Below the pieces are notes generated by a model. That model saw nothing but the letters and a program-made list of their open reading frames with translations. It searched no databases and was not told the origin of the DNA. A stretch of 64,000 nt of DNA, taken from NCBI GenBank assembly GCA_964459205.1, contig CAYWKJ010000001.1:2759-66758 (forward strand), given 5' to 3'. Made by a program: the position numbers and the translations under genes. Every line of letters begins with the position of its first letter. Within the stretch, counting starts at the first letter, position 1. Below are positions 1-8,847 of this stretch, one piece after another. This DNA is from an uncultured Candidatus Peribacteria bacterium (lineage in GTDB: Bacteria; Patescibacteriota; Gracilibacteria; UBA1369; UBA12473).

Positions 1-363
1 TACATTAGCGCGACTGGGGCCTTGTTTAATATAATTGCAAACCTGTTAGTGATTCCGACTTGGGGGTTCCGCGGAGCAGCTTTCACTAGTGTTTTGAGTG
101 AAATAATAATTGTGATTTTAGCGGCGATTATGCTTAAGAAATACTTTGATTATCGGCTTAAGCTTGGAGGGGCCTTTAAGATTGTTTTATCAGCTTTGGT
201 GATGGGCGTGGTGGTTTATGTTTTGCGTGATCCGCTTTATGCGCGAATTGAGAACTTTAACTTTGTGGTGCTAGTTCCGTTGGGGGCGCTTGTTTATGCC
301 GTAATGTTGTGGTTGACTGGAGTTGTTAGCAAGGAACGCCTTGCTCTTTTAAGAAGCAAATGA
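1..363 (+). CDS. C-terminal fragment of a multi-pass membrane protein, MOP/Wzx/MurJ-like flippase family (5' end outside window)
   Basis: Frame is open from base 1 (ORF track 22..363). Hydrophobic helices resemble polysaccharide/lipid-II flippase C-termini. It lies next to Mur-type genes. Confidence 0.4.
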   Translation, partial: YISATGALFNIIANLLVIPTWGFRGAAFTSVLSEIIIVILAAIMLKKYFDYRLKLGGAFKIVLSALVMGVVVYVLRDPLYARIENFNFVVLVPLGALVYAVMLWLTGVVSKERLALLRSK

Positions 364-1616
364 TGAAGACTTTTTATTTTGAAAAATATACTTACGACCC
401 AGAGAATGGGGTGGCTCGGTTTCATTACTCGTATGACCGAGAGCTTTATTTTGAAGAAGTTTTGGAATTTGAAAAAACCGAGACCGAAATTGAACCAGTA
501 TTGTTTCATTTACATTTGGCCCTGGGCATTAGTTATTATAAGGCTTACCTGGCGCCAGAAATTAAAGTTAAATCTGGGCAATTATCACGCGCCCAGGCGG
601 AGTTTTGGGATACGGTTTACACCAAAGGCTTGGGAGAGTTTTTCTACCAAAATAAAATTGATTTTAATGGATTGGTGAGGTTTCCGTATGGAGACAAAGA
701 GCCTGAAACAGCTACAGAGATTGGCGCAAAAGATCGCGCCTTGGTCCCACTTGGTGGAGGCAAAGATTCGTTAGTAACTGCCGGGATTTTACAGGAGAAA
801 GGAATTGATTTTGACGTGTTTACGTTGGGCTCTTATCCAATGATTGAAGAGCAAATTCGAGCTATGCAAAAACCTCATCATCTAATTAAGCGCACCATTG
901 ACCCACAACTTTTAGAGGAGAATAAAAAGGATGCCTTAAATGGGCATGTTCCGATTTCAATGATTTATGCTTTTACGGCACTGCTTACGGCGGTGGCGCA
1001 GGGGCATAAGTACATTGTGCTTTCTAATGAACATAGTTCTAATTATGGAAACGTTGAATACTTGGGAGAACAAGTTAATCATCAGTGGAGTAAGAGCTTG
1101 GAGTTTGAGAAAATGTTTAATAAATATGTACGGAAATTTGTGGCCGCGGATGTGTACTTTTTTAGTTTATTGCGCCCCATGTATGAGATTAAAATTGCAG
1201 AAAAATTCGCAACCATGGAATCTTGTTTGAATGTTTTTACGAGTTGTAATACGAACTTTAAAATCGCCGGACCAGGCCAAGATAAATGGTGCCTTAAATG
1301 TGCTAAATGTGCGTTTGTTTTTGCAATTTTGGCGCCGTTTGTGGCTAAGGAAAAGTTGGTGGCTGCTTTTGGCGGAAACTTATTTGCGGACGAAAACTTG
1401 TGGCCAATTTATGAAGAACTTCTTGGCGTGGGTGAAGTGAAGCCTTTTGATTGTGTAGGGACTCCTGATGAGGTTAAAAAAGCCATGGAAATGGCGCGTG
1501 AAGCGTATACCGGTGATGTTGTGATGGACAAGTTTGTGGCCTTAAATTTGCCGCCAGTTGAGGTGGATGTTTTTTCTATTTCTAATGAAAATATAATTCC
1601 TGATGGATTTAAATAA
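360..1616 (+). CDS. PP-loop (QueC/ExsB-like) ATP pyrophosphatase-fold protein, possibly MurL-type partner of the adjacent Mur ligase
   Basis: 418 aa. LVPLGGGKDSLV resembles the PP-loop SGGxDS motif. C-terminal CLKCAKC is a CxxCxxC cluster. It overlaps the downstream murD-like gene by 14 nt. Confidence 0.45.
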   Translation: MMKTFYFEKYTYDPENGVARFHYSYDRELYFEEVLEFEKTETEIEPVLFHLHLALGISYYKAYLAPEIKVKSGQLSRAQAEFWDTVYTKGLGEFFYQNKIDFNGLVRFPYGDKEPETATEIGAKDRALVPLGGGKDSLVTAGILQEKGIDFDVFTLGSYPMIEEQIRAMQKPHHLIKRTIDPQLLEENKKDALNGHVPISMIYAFTALLTAVAQGHKYIVLSNEHSSNYGNVEYLGEQVNHQWSKSLEFEKMFNKYVRKFVAADVYFFSLLRPMYEIKIAEKFATMESCLNVFTSCNTNFKIAGPGQDKWCLKCAKCAFVFAILAPFVAKEKLVAAFGGNLFADENLWPIYEELLGVGEVKPFDCVGTPDEVKKAMEMAREAYTGDVVMDKFVALNLPPVEVDVFSISNENIIPDGFK

Positions 1617-2793
1617 TCAAAAAGTTTTGGTGCTAGGAATGGGGCGAGAGGGGACAGCGACAGCTGAATATTTAGCTGCTAAATATCCGGATTGCGAAGT
1701 TACGACTGCGGATCAAAAAGATCCTGAAAACTATCCTAGTTCGCTGGCAGAATGGGATTTAGTTTTTGTTTCTCCGGGCATTCCGCCGCATGAACCATTG
1801 CTAAAAACTGCTAAAAAAATTACTACGGCGACGAATTTGTTTTTGGATGATTGCCAAGGAAAAGTCGTAGCAATAACAGGCTCAAAAGGGAAAAGCACAA
1901 CTGCAAGCTTGATTCATGCGATGCTGCCTGGATCGCATTTGGTTGGTAACATTGGAACGGCGGCGTTAGGAATTTTGAAAGATCATAATGACGAGGGGGA
2001 TGTTTTTGTTTTTGAAATGTCTAGCGCGCAGGCGAGTCGGCTTGTGAAGGGTCCGGATGTGGCTGTAATTTTAAATTTATTCCCAGAGCATTTGGATTAT
2101 CACGGGAGTGAAGAGGATTACTATGCGTCCAAATTACAGATTACAATGACGCAAAAAGAGGATGATGTGGTGATTTTTAATTCAAAAATCGCAGATCGCG
2201 TGGAGGGGAGTAGGGCTCAAAAAATGACCTGGGGAGAGGAGGAAATTTCAGAAAACATCCCTTTAATTGGCGAGCATAATAAAAAAAACATTCGCGCGGC
2301 CATGATGGCGGCACAAGTTGTGGGCGGAGAGGATATTAAAAATGGATTGAAAAACTTTAAACCATTGGAGCATCGGCTAGAGTTTGTGACTGAGATTAAT
2401 GGTGTGAAATTTTATAATGATTCAATTTCGACCGCTCCGGAGGCAACAATCGCTGCCTTGGAGGCCCTAGGACAGGTTGGAGTTTTGATTTTAGGAGGAT
2501 TGGATCGCGGGTATAAGTTTGATGAGCTCGCATTAAAAATTAAAGAAAAAGGAGTTCAAAATTTAGTTCTATTTCCAGAAACCAGCGTAAAAATTAAGAC
2601 TGCTTTGGGCAAATTTGAAGGCGAAATTCTGGAAACAGAATCTATGGAAGAAGCTGTGGCTTGGGCGCAAGAAAAAACAACTCCAGGCACTTGTTGCGTG
2701 CTCTCACCAGGAGCCCCAAGTTACAATTTGTATAAGAATTTTGAAGAGAGAGGAAAGGCGTTTAAATCTTCTCTAAAATCTCTCGGCCATTAG
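1603..2793 (+). CDS. murD: UDP-N-acetylmuramoyl-L-alanine--glutamate ligase (MurD family)
   Basis: 396 aa. N-terminal Rossmann-like VLVLGMGREG, Mur ligase P-loop ITGSKGKSTT, and a C-terminal Mur ligase domain. Confidence 0.75.
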   Translation: MDLNNQKVLVLGMGREGTATAEYLAAKYPDCEVTTADQKDPENYPSSLAEWDLVFVSPGIPPHEPLLKTAKKITTATNLFLDDCQGKVVAITGSKGKSTTASLIHAMLPGSHLVGNIGTAALGILKDHNDEGDVFVFEMSSAQASRLVKGPDVAVILNLFPEHLDYHGSEEDYYASKLQITMTQKEDDVVIFNSKIADRVEGSRAQKMTWGEEEISENIPLIGEHNKKNIRAAMMAAQVVGGEDIKNGLKNFKPLEHRLEFVTEINGVKFYNDSISTAPEATIAALEALGQVGVLILGGLDRGYKFDELALKIKEKGVQNLVLFPETSVKIKTALGKFEGEILETESMEEAVAWAQEKTTPGTCCVLSPGAPSYNLYKNFEERGKAFKSSLKSLGH

Positions 2794-3733
2794 TTGTCGC
2801 GATTTTAACGAGCTCTTCCACGTCGTAATAACGGCAGCTTTCGATCAAGAATAGAAGCTCTTCGAACACGTCGCCATCAATAAATGGGCAGAAGTAATCG
2901 TGAACATTATCGACGCCAAGGGCCACTTTTACGCCGGCTTCGACTAACTGCGGAACGGGAGCAATTGAGTTGTGAACCGGGGCCATTTTGTCGCGCATTT
3001 GTACGCCGTCGATCATCGAGCGTGGGCAAACCACTACTGGCATTTCGGCTTCTTTTATAAGCTTGATTACCTCGTGCATGTAATCGTCTTTTTGGGCGGC
3101 GAGCGAGCAGCAGTGAATCGCGTTTACGCGGCCTTGTAGGCCGTGCTCAATGACTTTGCGAGCGAGGAGTTCTGTGTCTTTTTCGTCGGGATCGTTGTTT
3201 TGGTCAATGTGGACGTCGACAGTCTTGTTGTGTTTTTTGGCCATTTCAAAAATGTAATCCAAATGTTCGGCCTGATTAGGTCTGTCGCGAGAGGGGAGGC
3301 CGCCGAGGACATCCACAAATGGGGCCGCTTTTTCGATCCATTCTTGGGCCTCGGGGTTCATGGCACCTTCTAGGACTTGTGAACAGATTTGGATGTCGAT
3401 GCGGTCTTTGTATTTTTCCTTAACTTCGAGGGCGGCCTCAACGCACATCATCCCAACTGTGTTATCTACATCGATGTTGGTGCGCGTTAAGGTGCAGCCT
3501 TGGGCAATCATTCGTTCAGCGCTTAGGGAAATTCGTTTCACCAATCCCTCATGCGTGTATTTTTCTTTAATTTGTTTCCATAAATCCCATTTCACCTCCA
3601 TGGAATCTAAGGTCATTTGTAAGGTTTCGGGGGAGATGACATAAGCTTTGTCAAAATGAGCGTGACAAGATACAAGTCCACCATTTTTAGCGATTTTTTC
3701 GCGGAGTAAAGCGTGAAGATCCCAAGGTTCCAT
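2762..3733 (-). CDS. Metal-dependent amidohydrolase, cytosine-deaminase-like
   Basis: 323 aa. Has SCHAHFDK (HxH-type metal site), internal His residues and GVDNVHD, as in the TIM-barrel amidohydrolase superfamily. Confidence 0.55.
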   Translation of the reverse strand: MEPWDLHALLREKIAKNGGLVSCHAHFDKAYVISPETLQMTLDSMEVKWDLWKQIKEKYTHEGLVKRISLSAERMIAQGCTLTRTNIDVDNTVGMMCVEAALEVKEKYKDRIDIQICSQVLEGAMNPEAQEWIEKAAPFVDVLGGLPSRDRPNQAEHLDYIFEMAKKHNKTVDVHIDQNNDPDEKDTELLARKVIEHGLQGRVNAIHCCSLAAQKDDYMHEVIKLIKEAEMPVVVCPRSMIDGVQMRDKMAPVHNSIAPVPQLVEAGVKVALGVDNVHDYFCPFIDGDVFEELLFLIESCRYYDVEELVKIATTNGREILEKI

Positions 3734-3736
3734 AGT

Positions 3737-5086
3737 TTAAGTGTTCATTAAAGTATTAATTTCCTTTTCAATGCGGTCGATGCCGAGATTTCCGGTACCT
3801 CCCTGATGGGTGGACATTTCTAGCCAGCGGTTAATGTCTTCCTCCGTAACATTTATTTTATCAATATTAGCCCCAATTTCGCGGTACGCATCGCGGAACG
3901 TCATGCCCTCTTTTACCCTTTCAAAAGCCTTATGTGCGGCAAACAGCCCCGGACAACTAAGCATGGATTTTGTAAGGATTTCCGTGTTTGGTTCGATATT
4001 ATCTAAAATCACTCCCATGGCCTCAAGTGACATTTCTGTGTAGCGCATGCCAAGGAAAAGCGGTCGTTTGATTTCTTGCCCATCTCGGTGATATCCAGAA
4101 ATTTTGTTCATAATATTTAAAGTAACTTCGTTGCGACAGGCCAGCACGGTGGCAGTGCGTCCCCGAATGAGCTCACCAACATCAAGATTCTTTTTTTGCG
4201 GCATAATCGACGAGCCAGTAGAAATTGAATCGTCCATCAAGAAAAACTGGAATTCCTGGGTCGTGAAGAACAATAAATCACAAGCCAAGCGATTCAAGGT
4301 AAGCATAATTTGTGAGCAAGCCTCCAAAACAAGGCCTTCGATTTTCCCGCGAGAATTGTGGCAGTAAATTACATTGTTTTGAGTTTTTTTAAATCCAATT
4401 TCTTTACTTAGCCAATCGCGATCAAAATCAAAAGGAGATCCGTATCCCGCTCCTGACCCAAGTGGGTTTTGATCTACAATTTGGTCGTTAATAGCGATTA
4501 ATAATTTGGCATCGTCCATGAGGCTCTCGGTGAAAGCCATAATCCAAGACCCCACAGTTGTTGGCATGGCTTTTTGCATGTGAGTGTAGCCAGGCATAGC
4601 CACCATTTCGTATTGTTTAGCAAATTCCACGCATTTAGTGGCTAGCGCTAATACTTGCTCCTGGATAATTTTAGATTTTCTTTTCAAAAACCAACGCATC
4701 ATTACTAAAACTTGATCATTTCGGGATCGCCCAGTGTGGATTTTTTTGCCAGTATCACCTAGCCTTTCTATTAAATAGTCTTCAATTTTGGTGTGAGAGT
4801 CTTCGTCTTCAACTTTTAGCTGAAATTTTCCTTTTTCATAAAGTTCCAAAATTTCGTCTAATCCCTTTTCAAGTTGGGCTAATTCTTCGGTGGTAATTAA
4901 GTCATGTCTTTCGAGTAAGCGAGCGTAACAACGGGAGCACCAAATATCATCAGGGATCATTTCTTGGTCATAAATGATGTCTTCGCCAGCGTTGTATTCT
5001 TCGACTGTTTTGTTTAAAGAGACTTCTTTGTTTTTAAACCAAATCTTCCGTTTGACGGTTTGGTCGGAATCTTTAGGGTCGCTCAT
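3737..5086 (-). CDS. argH: Argininosuccinate lyase-like (fumarate lyase superfamily)
   Basis: 449 aa. Carries GRSRNDQV and the signature GSSIMPQKKN. Confidence 0.7.
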   Translation of the reverse strand: MSDPKDSDQTVKRKIWFKNKEVSLNKTVEEYNAGEDIIYDQEMIPDDIWCSRCYARLLERHDLITTEELAQLEKGLDEILELYEKGKFQLKVEDEDSHTKIEDYLIERLGDTGKKIHTGRSRNDQVLVMMRWFLKRKSKIIQEQVLALATKCVEFAKQYEMVAMPGYTHMQKAMPTTVGSWIMAFTESLMDDAKLLIAINDQIVDQNPLGSGAGYGSPFDFDRDWLSKEIGFKKTQNNVIYCHNSRGKIEGLVLEACSQIMLTLNRLACDLLFFTTQEFQFFLMDDSISTGSSIMPQKKNLDVGELIRGRTATVLACRNEVTLNIMNKISGYHRDGQEIKRPLFLGMRYTEMSLEAMGVILDNIEPNTEILTKSMLSCPGLFAAHKAFERVKEGMTFRDAYREIGANIDKINVTEEDINRWLEMSTHQGGTGNLGIDRIEKEINTLMNT

Positions 5087-5161
5087 TTTTGAGGTTGTTA
5101 GGGGCCTTATTAAATTGTTCGTATTGTAGGGGCTAAACGCAGAGCTTTCAATGGTGCTTGA

Positions 5162-5190
5162 TTGCTTAATTTTGTGTTTTTTGGTATAAT
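5162..5190 (+). promoter_or_regulatory. Putative sigma70-type promoter of the RNase J gene
   Basis: TTGCTT, 17 nt spacer, TATAAT, with an upstream TGn extended -10. It lies 60 nt upstream of the ATG. Confidence 0.4.
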
Positions 5191-5249
5191 AAGGGTGTCA
5201 CGAATGGGGGAATAAGTGAATTATAGAATTAAAAAGATTAAAAATTTAA

Positions 5250-7208
5250 ATGAATCAAAGACAGAATACGGGGGAAGATGATAAAAAATTTCAGAAAAAG
5301 ATGGCTAATATCGACCAATGGCTCGATGAGCTTTCTCATGTGAAACCCGCAGCATCTCAGCCCAAACAAACTAAAAAAGCGGTACAACAAGCAGCGCCCA
5401 TAAAAGCTGCGCCTATTAAGGCAAAATCAGTTCAGAAAAATCGTCCGAATCCTCAGAAGAGGCGTCATCATAAAAAAACTAATAATTCAAGACGACGTAA
5501 TCACCCTGCGAAGCAAGGTCGCTCTAATAAAAAGGCTAAACACAATTTAAGGATCATTCCTTTGGGGGGATTTGAAGAGATTGGTAAAAACATGATGTTA
5601 TTTGAATATGGAAACGATATTTTAATCGTTGATATGGGATTTCAATTTCCAACTGAGGATATGCTGGGGGTAGATTATGTTATTCCAGATGTTACTTATT
5701 TAAAAAAGAAGAAGAAAAATATCCGGGGCGTGTTTTTAACGCATGGACATTTGGACCACATTGGTGGGCTTCCTTATCTTTTGCCTAAGCTTGGCTTTCC
5801 CCCTGTTTACGGAATGCCACTTACAATTGGCTTGGCTAAGCGCCAGTTAGAAGACTTTGGCCTGGGAGATAAGGTTAAATTGCACACTTTTCGGGCGGGC
5901 GATGTGTTTAAGCCTGGATGTTTTCGGCTTTCTTCGTTCCGAGTGAATCATAGTATTCCAGATGCCGTATCTTTTGTAATTGATACGCCGGTGGGACGAG
6001 TGGTGCATACTGGGGATTTTAAATTTGATAAAACCCCACATGATCAAAAGCCTGCAGATTTAAATATTATTAAAAAAGTGGGGCGGGAAGGTGTGTTGGC
6101 CCTTATTTCAGATAGCACCAATGCTTTGGAGCCGGGTCACACAACTTCAGAAAAAGTAATTGCTCAAAATTTAGATAAAATTATTAAAGAAGCGCCGGGA
6201 CGATTAATTGTGGCTTCATTTTCTTCACTAATTGGGCGGTTGCAACAAGTAATGGATTCTGCTGTCCGTCATAATCGAAAGGTTTTTATTTCTGGGCGCA
6301 GCATGATCACTAATGTGAAAATTGCGCAAGAGTTGGGGCTTATTAAGGTTCCCAAGGGGTTGATTATTGATATTAAAAAAATGAAAAAATACAAAGATCG
6401 CGAGATTATTGCCCTAACTACTGGTAGCCAGGGTGAAAACTTTGCGGCTTTGGCTCGAATTGCCACAGATAATCATGCTCATGTACGAATTCGCAAAAGC
6501 GACACTGTGGTTCTTTCGTCTTCGCCAATTATTGGGAATGAAACCTCGATTATTAAGGTTATTAATATGCTTTGTCGTCGTGGGGCGCGAGTAATTACTA
6601 ATAAAGATATTGATGTGCACACTTCTGGGCACGCCAAACAAGAGGAGCTAATGATGATGATTCGAATGCTTAAGCCAAAGTACTTTATTCCCGAACACGG
6701 AGATTATTATATGCGTTCAAGGCATGCAATTTTAGCTACAAAATGTGGAGTCGCAAAAAAGAATATAACCCTTATGGATAATGGGGAAGTGGTGGAAATT
6801 ACCCCTCAGCGCGTAATGCAAAAAACTAAGGAGCGCGTTCCGGCTGGCCACGTGATGGTGGAAGGCTCAGACCGCTCAGAAGTTGCCGCTGAAATTTTGA
6901 TGGATCGCCAATTAATGGCGGAAAATGGAGTGGTTACGGTTACCTTCCGCATGCGTCGAAAAGGTAAGGTTTTATCTGGAAAACCACAAGTTATTAGTCG
7001 TGGATTTGTGTTTGCAGACCAAGCAGATAAGGTCGTTAAAGGCATCCAAGTGGCTAGTGAAAAAGCTTATCGAACTTTTATGAAATCTCACAAGAAGCAG
7101 GCCCCGGAAAAGGAGTTCTTGATTTTTGTGCAAAGATCTGTGGATCGCAAGCTGGTTCGAATGCTAGATAAAAGGCCGTTAGTAATTCCGCAAATTATTT
7201 ATGTTTAA
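5250..7208 (+). CDS. rnj: Ribonuclease J (beta-CASP metallo-beta-lactamase) with a Lys/Arg-rich N-terminal extension
   Basis: 652 aa. Has THGHLDHIGG (HxHxDH) and overall RNase J layout. The first ~100 aa are basic and low-complexity. Confidence 0.85.
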   Translation: MNQRQNTGEDDKKFQKKMANIDQWLDELSHVKPAASQPKQTKKAVQQAAPIKAAPIKAKSVQKNRPNPQKRRHHKKTNNSRRRNHPAKQGRSNKKAKHNLRIIPLGGFEEIGKNMMLFEYGNDILIVDMGFQFPTEDMLGVDYVIPDVTYLKKKKKNIRGVFLTHGHLDHIGGLPYLLPKLGFPPVYGMPLTIGLAKRQLEDFGLGDKVKLHTFRAGDVFKPGCFRLSSFRVNHSIPDAVSFVIDTPVGRVVHTGDFKFDKTPHDQKPADLNIIKKVGREGVLALISDSTNALEPGHTTSEKVIAQNLDKIIKEAPGRLIVASFSSLIGRLQQVMDSAVRHNRKVFISGRSMITNVKIAQELGLIKVPKGLIIDIKKMKKYKDREIIALTTGSQGENFAALARIATDNHAHVRIRKSDTVVLSSSPIIGNETSIIKVINMLCRRGARVITNKDIDVHTSGHAKQEELMMMIRMLKPKYFIPEHGDYYMRSRHAILATKCGVAKKNITLMDNGEVVEITPQRVMQKTKERVPAGHVMVEGSDRSEVAAEILMDRQLMAENGVVTVTFRMRRKGKVLSGKPQVISRGFVFADQADKVVKGIQVASEKAYRTFMKSHKKQAPEKEFLIFVQRSVDRKLVRMLDKRPLVIPQIIYV

Positions 7209-7730
7209 AAAGTCGGACTTTTGAACATTTTTTGTGGAAACTCAATTAAATAGTTTTGCATAATAGGCTTTAAGTTTTTGGGATGAAATATAGAGTTTAT
7301 TAGTATTAATTCTGAAGTTTTGCGCAGGTTTTGCACAGGTTTTGCACATTTTTAAACAAGTTTTCAAGGATTAAAAATTTAGACAAGCTATTTATGGCTT
7401 AAATAAGCCGTGTTTACCTTGAGTTAGTTTTCAAGAATTTTACACAATTTTCATGAATATAAGCCAAAATTTAAGGCTTTTTGAATCATTTTTTTGTTTT
7501 TGGCTCAGGGATCACTTTTCTTTTATTTCAACTTTTTTGTACAAAGTCTTTGTTTTCGCTTAAGGCTGCGACTTTAATTAGATTTTACTTCAAATGTATA
7601 TTCACACTGTTTTTGTGGATTTGGAAAGCCCTTTCTATTACTACTAGTTATATATATTTATAATAAATTAATTGTCTTTTAGGTACTAAGTCTTATAATT
7701 GCACTAACGAACTTCTTAATAAGAATTTTT
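7209..7730. other. Candidate replication origin region upstream of dnaN
   Basis: 522-bp AT-rich non-coding gap. Contains DnaA-box-like 9-mers (TGTGGAAAC 7233, TGTGGATTT 7614). Has three tandem 11-bp units with TTTTGCRCA at 7316-7348 and an AT-only tract at about 7640-7675. Confidence 0.35.
7316..7348 (+). repeat. Three tandem 11-bp repeats (A)GGTTTTGC(A/G)C
   Basis: Read directly as agttttgcgc aggttttgcac aggttttgcac. A related GTTTTGCA occurs at 7254 and GTTTTCAAG at 7360 and 7427. Confidence 0.8.
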
Positions 7731-8840
7731 ATGAAAGTTAAATGTAAACAAAAGGATCTCTCCTTTGCTTTGAATTTAGTGAATCGAGCGGTCAGTCCAA
7801 ATACAACACTTCCGGTATTGAACAATATTTTAATGAAAGCCGAAGGAAAAAGGCTTTATTTTTCCGCTACAAACTTAGAGGTGGCCATGACTTATTTTAT
7901 TGATGTTGAGGTTTTCAATGAAGGATCGATTACAATCCCAGCCAAATTAATAACAAGTTATGTTTCTTTGTTGAAGGACGAAGAAGTTGAATTAAAACTT
8001 GAGGATCGTTTGAGTTTGTCTTTGAAGACCCCACTTTCTCATACAAAAATTAAAGGAATTGACCCAACAGAATTCCCAGTTATTCCTGAGGTTGAAAAAG
8101 GGGAAGAATTTGCCATTGCTTCTGAGGCTTTGGAGCGAGCAATTGGACAAACTGTTTTTGCGGCCTCTTCAAATGTTTCACGTCCGGTTTTAACTGGTGT
8201 TTTATTCCGTGTGGATAAAAAAGAGCTTTCCATGGTGGCCACAGATAGTTACCGTCTCTCTGAAAGAAAGGTGAATCTTAAAAAGGGAATTACTGATTTG
8301 CACGATTGTGTTGTTCCGGCGCACACCGTGTCGGAGCTTGGAAAGATTTTAAGCTTTTTTAATGAATCAATGGTTGATTGCCATGTTACAAAAAACCAGA
8401 TTTTATTTTCAGTTCAAAACCTAAAAATCATTTCTCGCTTAATTGATGGAAGCTTTCCTGATTATAAAAGAATTATTCCAAATAGTTCAAAAACCAACCT
8501 AGAAGTTAATGTTGAAGATTTTATTTTGGCAGTTAAAAAAGCCTCCTTGTTTGTGAAGGAGACTAACAATAATGTCAAAATTAGTGCAACCAATAATGGC
8601 AAACTAATTATCTCGACTGATGAAACTCAAATCGGTGAGGGCACAGCCGAGGTTGATGTGAAAATTGAAGGAGAAAATAACATGGTAGCCTTAAATGCCC
8701 AGTACATTTTGGATGTTTTGTCGCACATGAGTGACCAGACCATAAAACTTGGCATTGACAATAAGCTTTCCCCTGTTACAATAAAGCCCGAAAAAAAGGA
8801 GGCGCAGTATACGCATATAATCATGCCTCTTAAGTTGTAA
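7731..8840 (+). CDS. dnaN: DNA polymerase III beta sliding clamp
   Basis: 369 aa. Three-domain clamp length with typical N-terminal (..LNLVNRAV..) and C-terminal (..IIMPLKL) sequences. Confidence 0.9.
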   Translation: MKVKCKQKDLSFALNLVNRAVSPNTTLPVLNNILMKAEGKRLYFSATNLEVAMTYFIDVEVFNEGSITIPAKLITSYVSLLKDEEVELKLEDRLSLSLKTPLSHTKIKGIDPTEFPVIPEVEKGEEFAIASEALERAIGQTVFAASSNVSRPVLTGVLFRVDKKELSMVATDSYRLSERKVNLKKGITDLHDCVVPAHTVSELGKILSFFNESMVDCHVTKNQILFSVQNLKIISRLIDGSFPDYKRIIPNSSKTNLEVNVEDFILAVKKASLFVKETNNNVKISATNNGKLIISTDETQIGEGTAEVDVKIEGENNMVALNAQYILDVLSHMSDQTIKLGIDNKLSPVTIKPEKKEAQYTHIIMPLKL

Positions 8841-8847
8841 AAACGTT

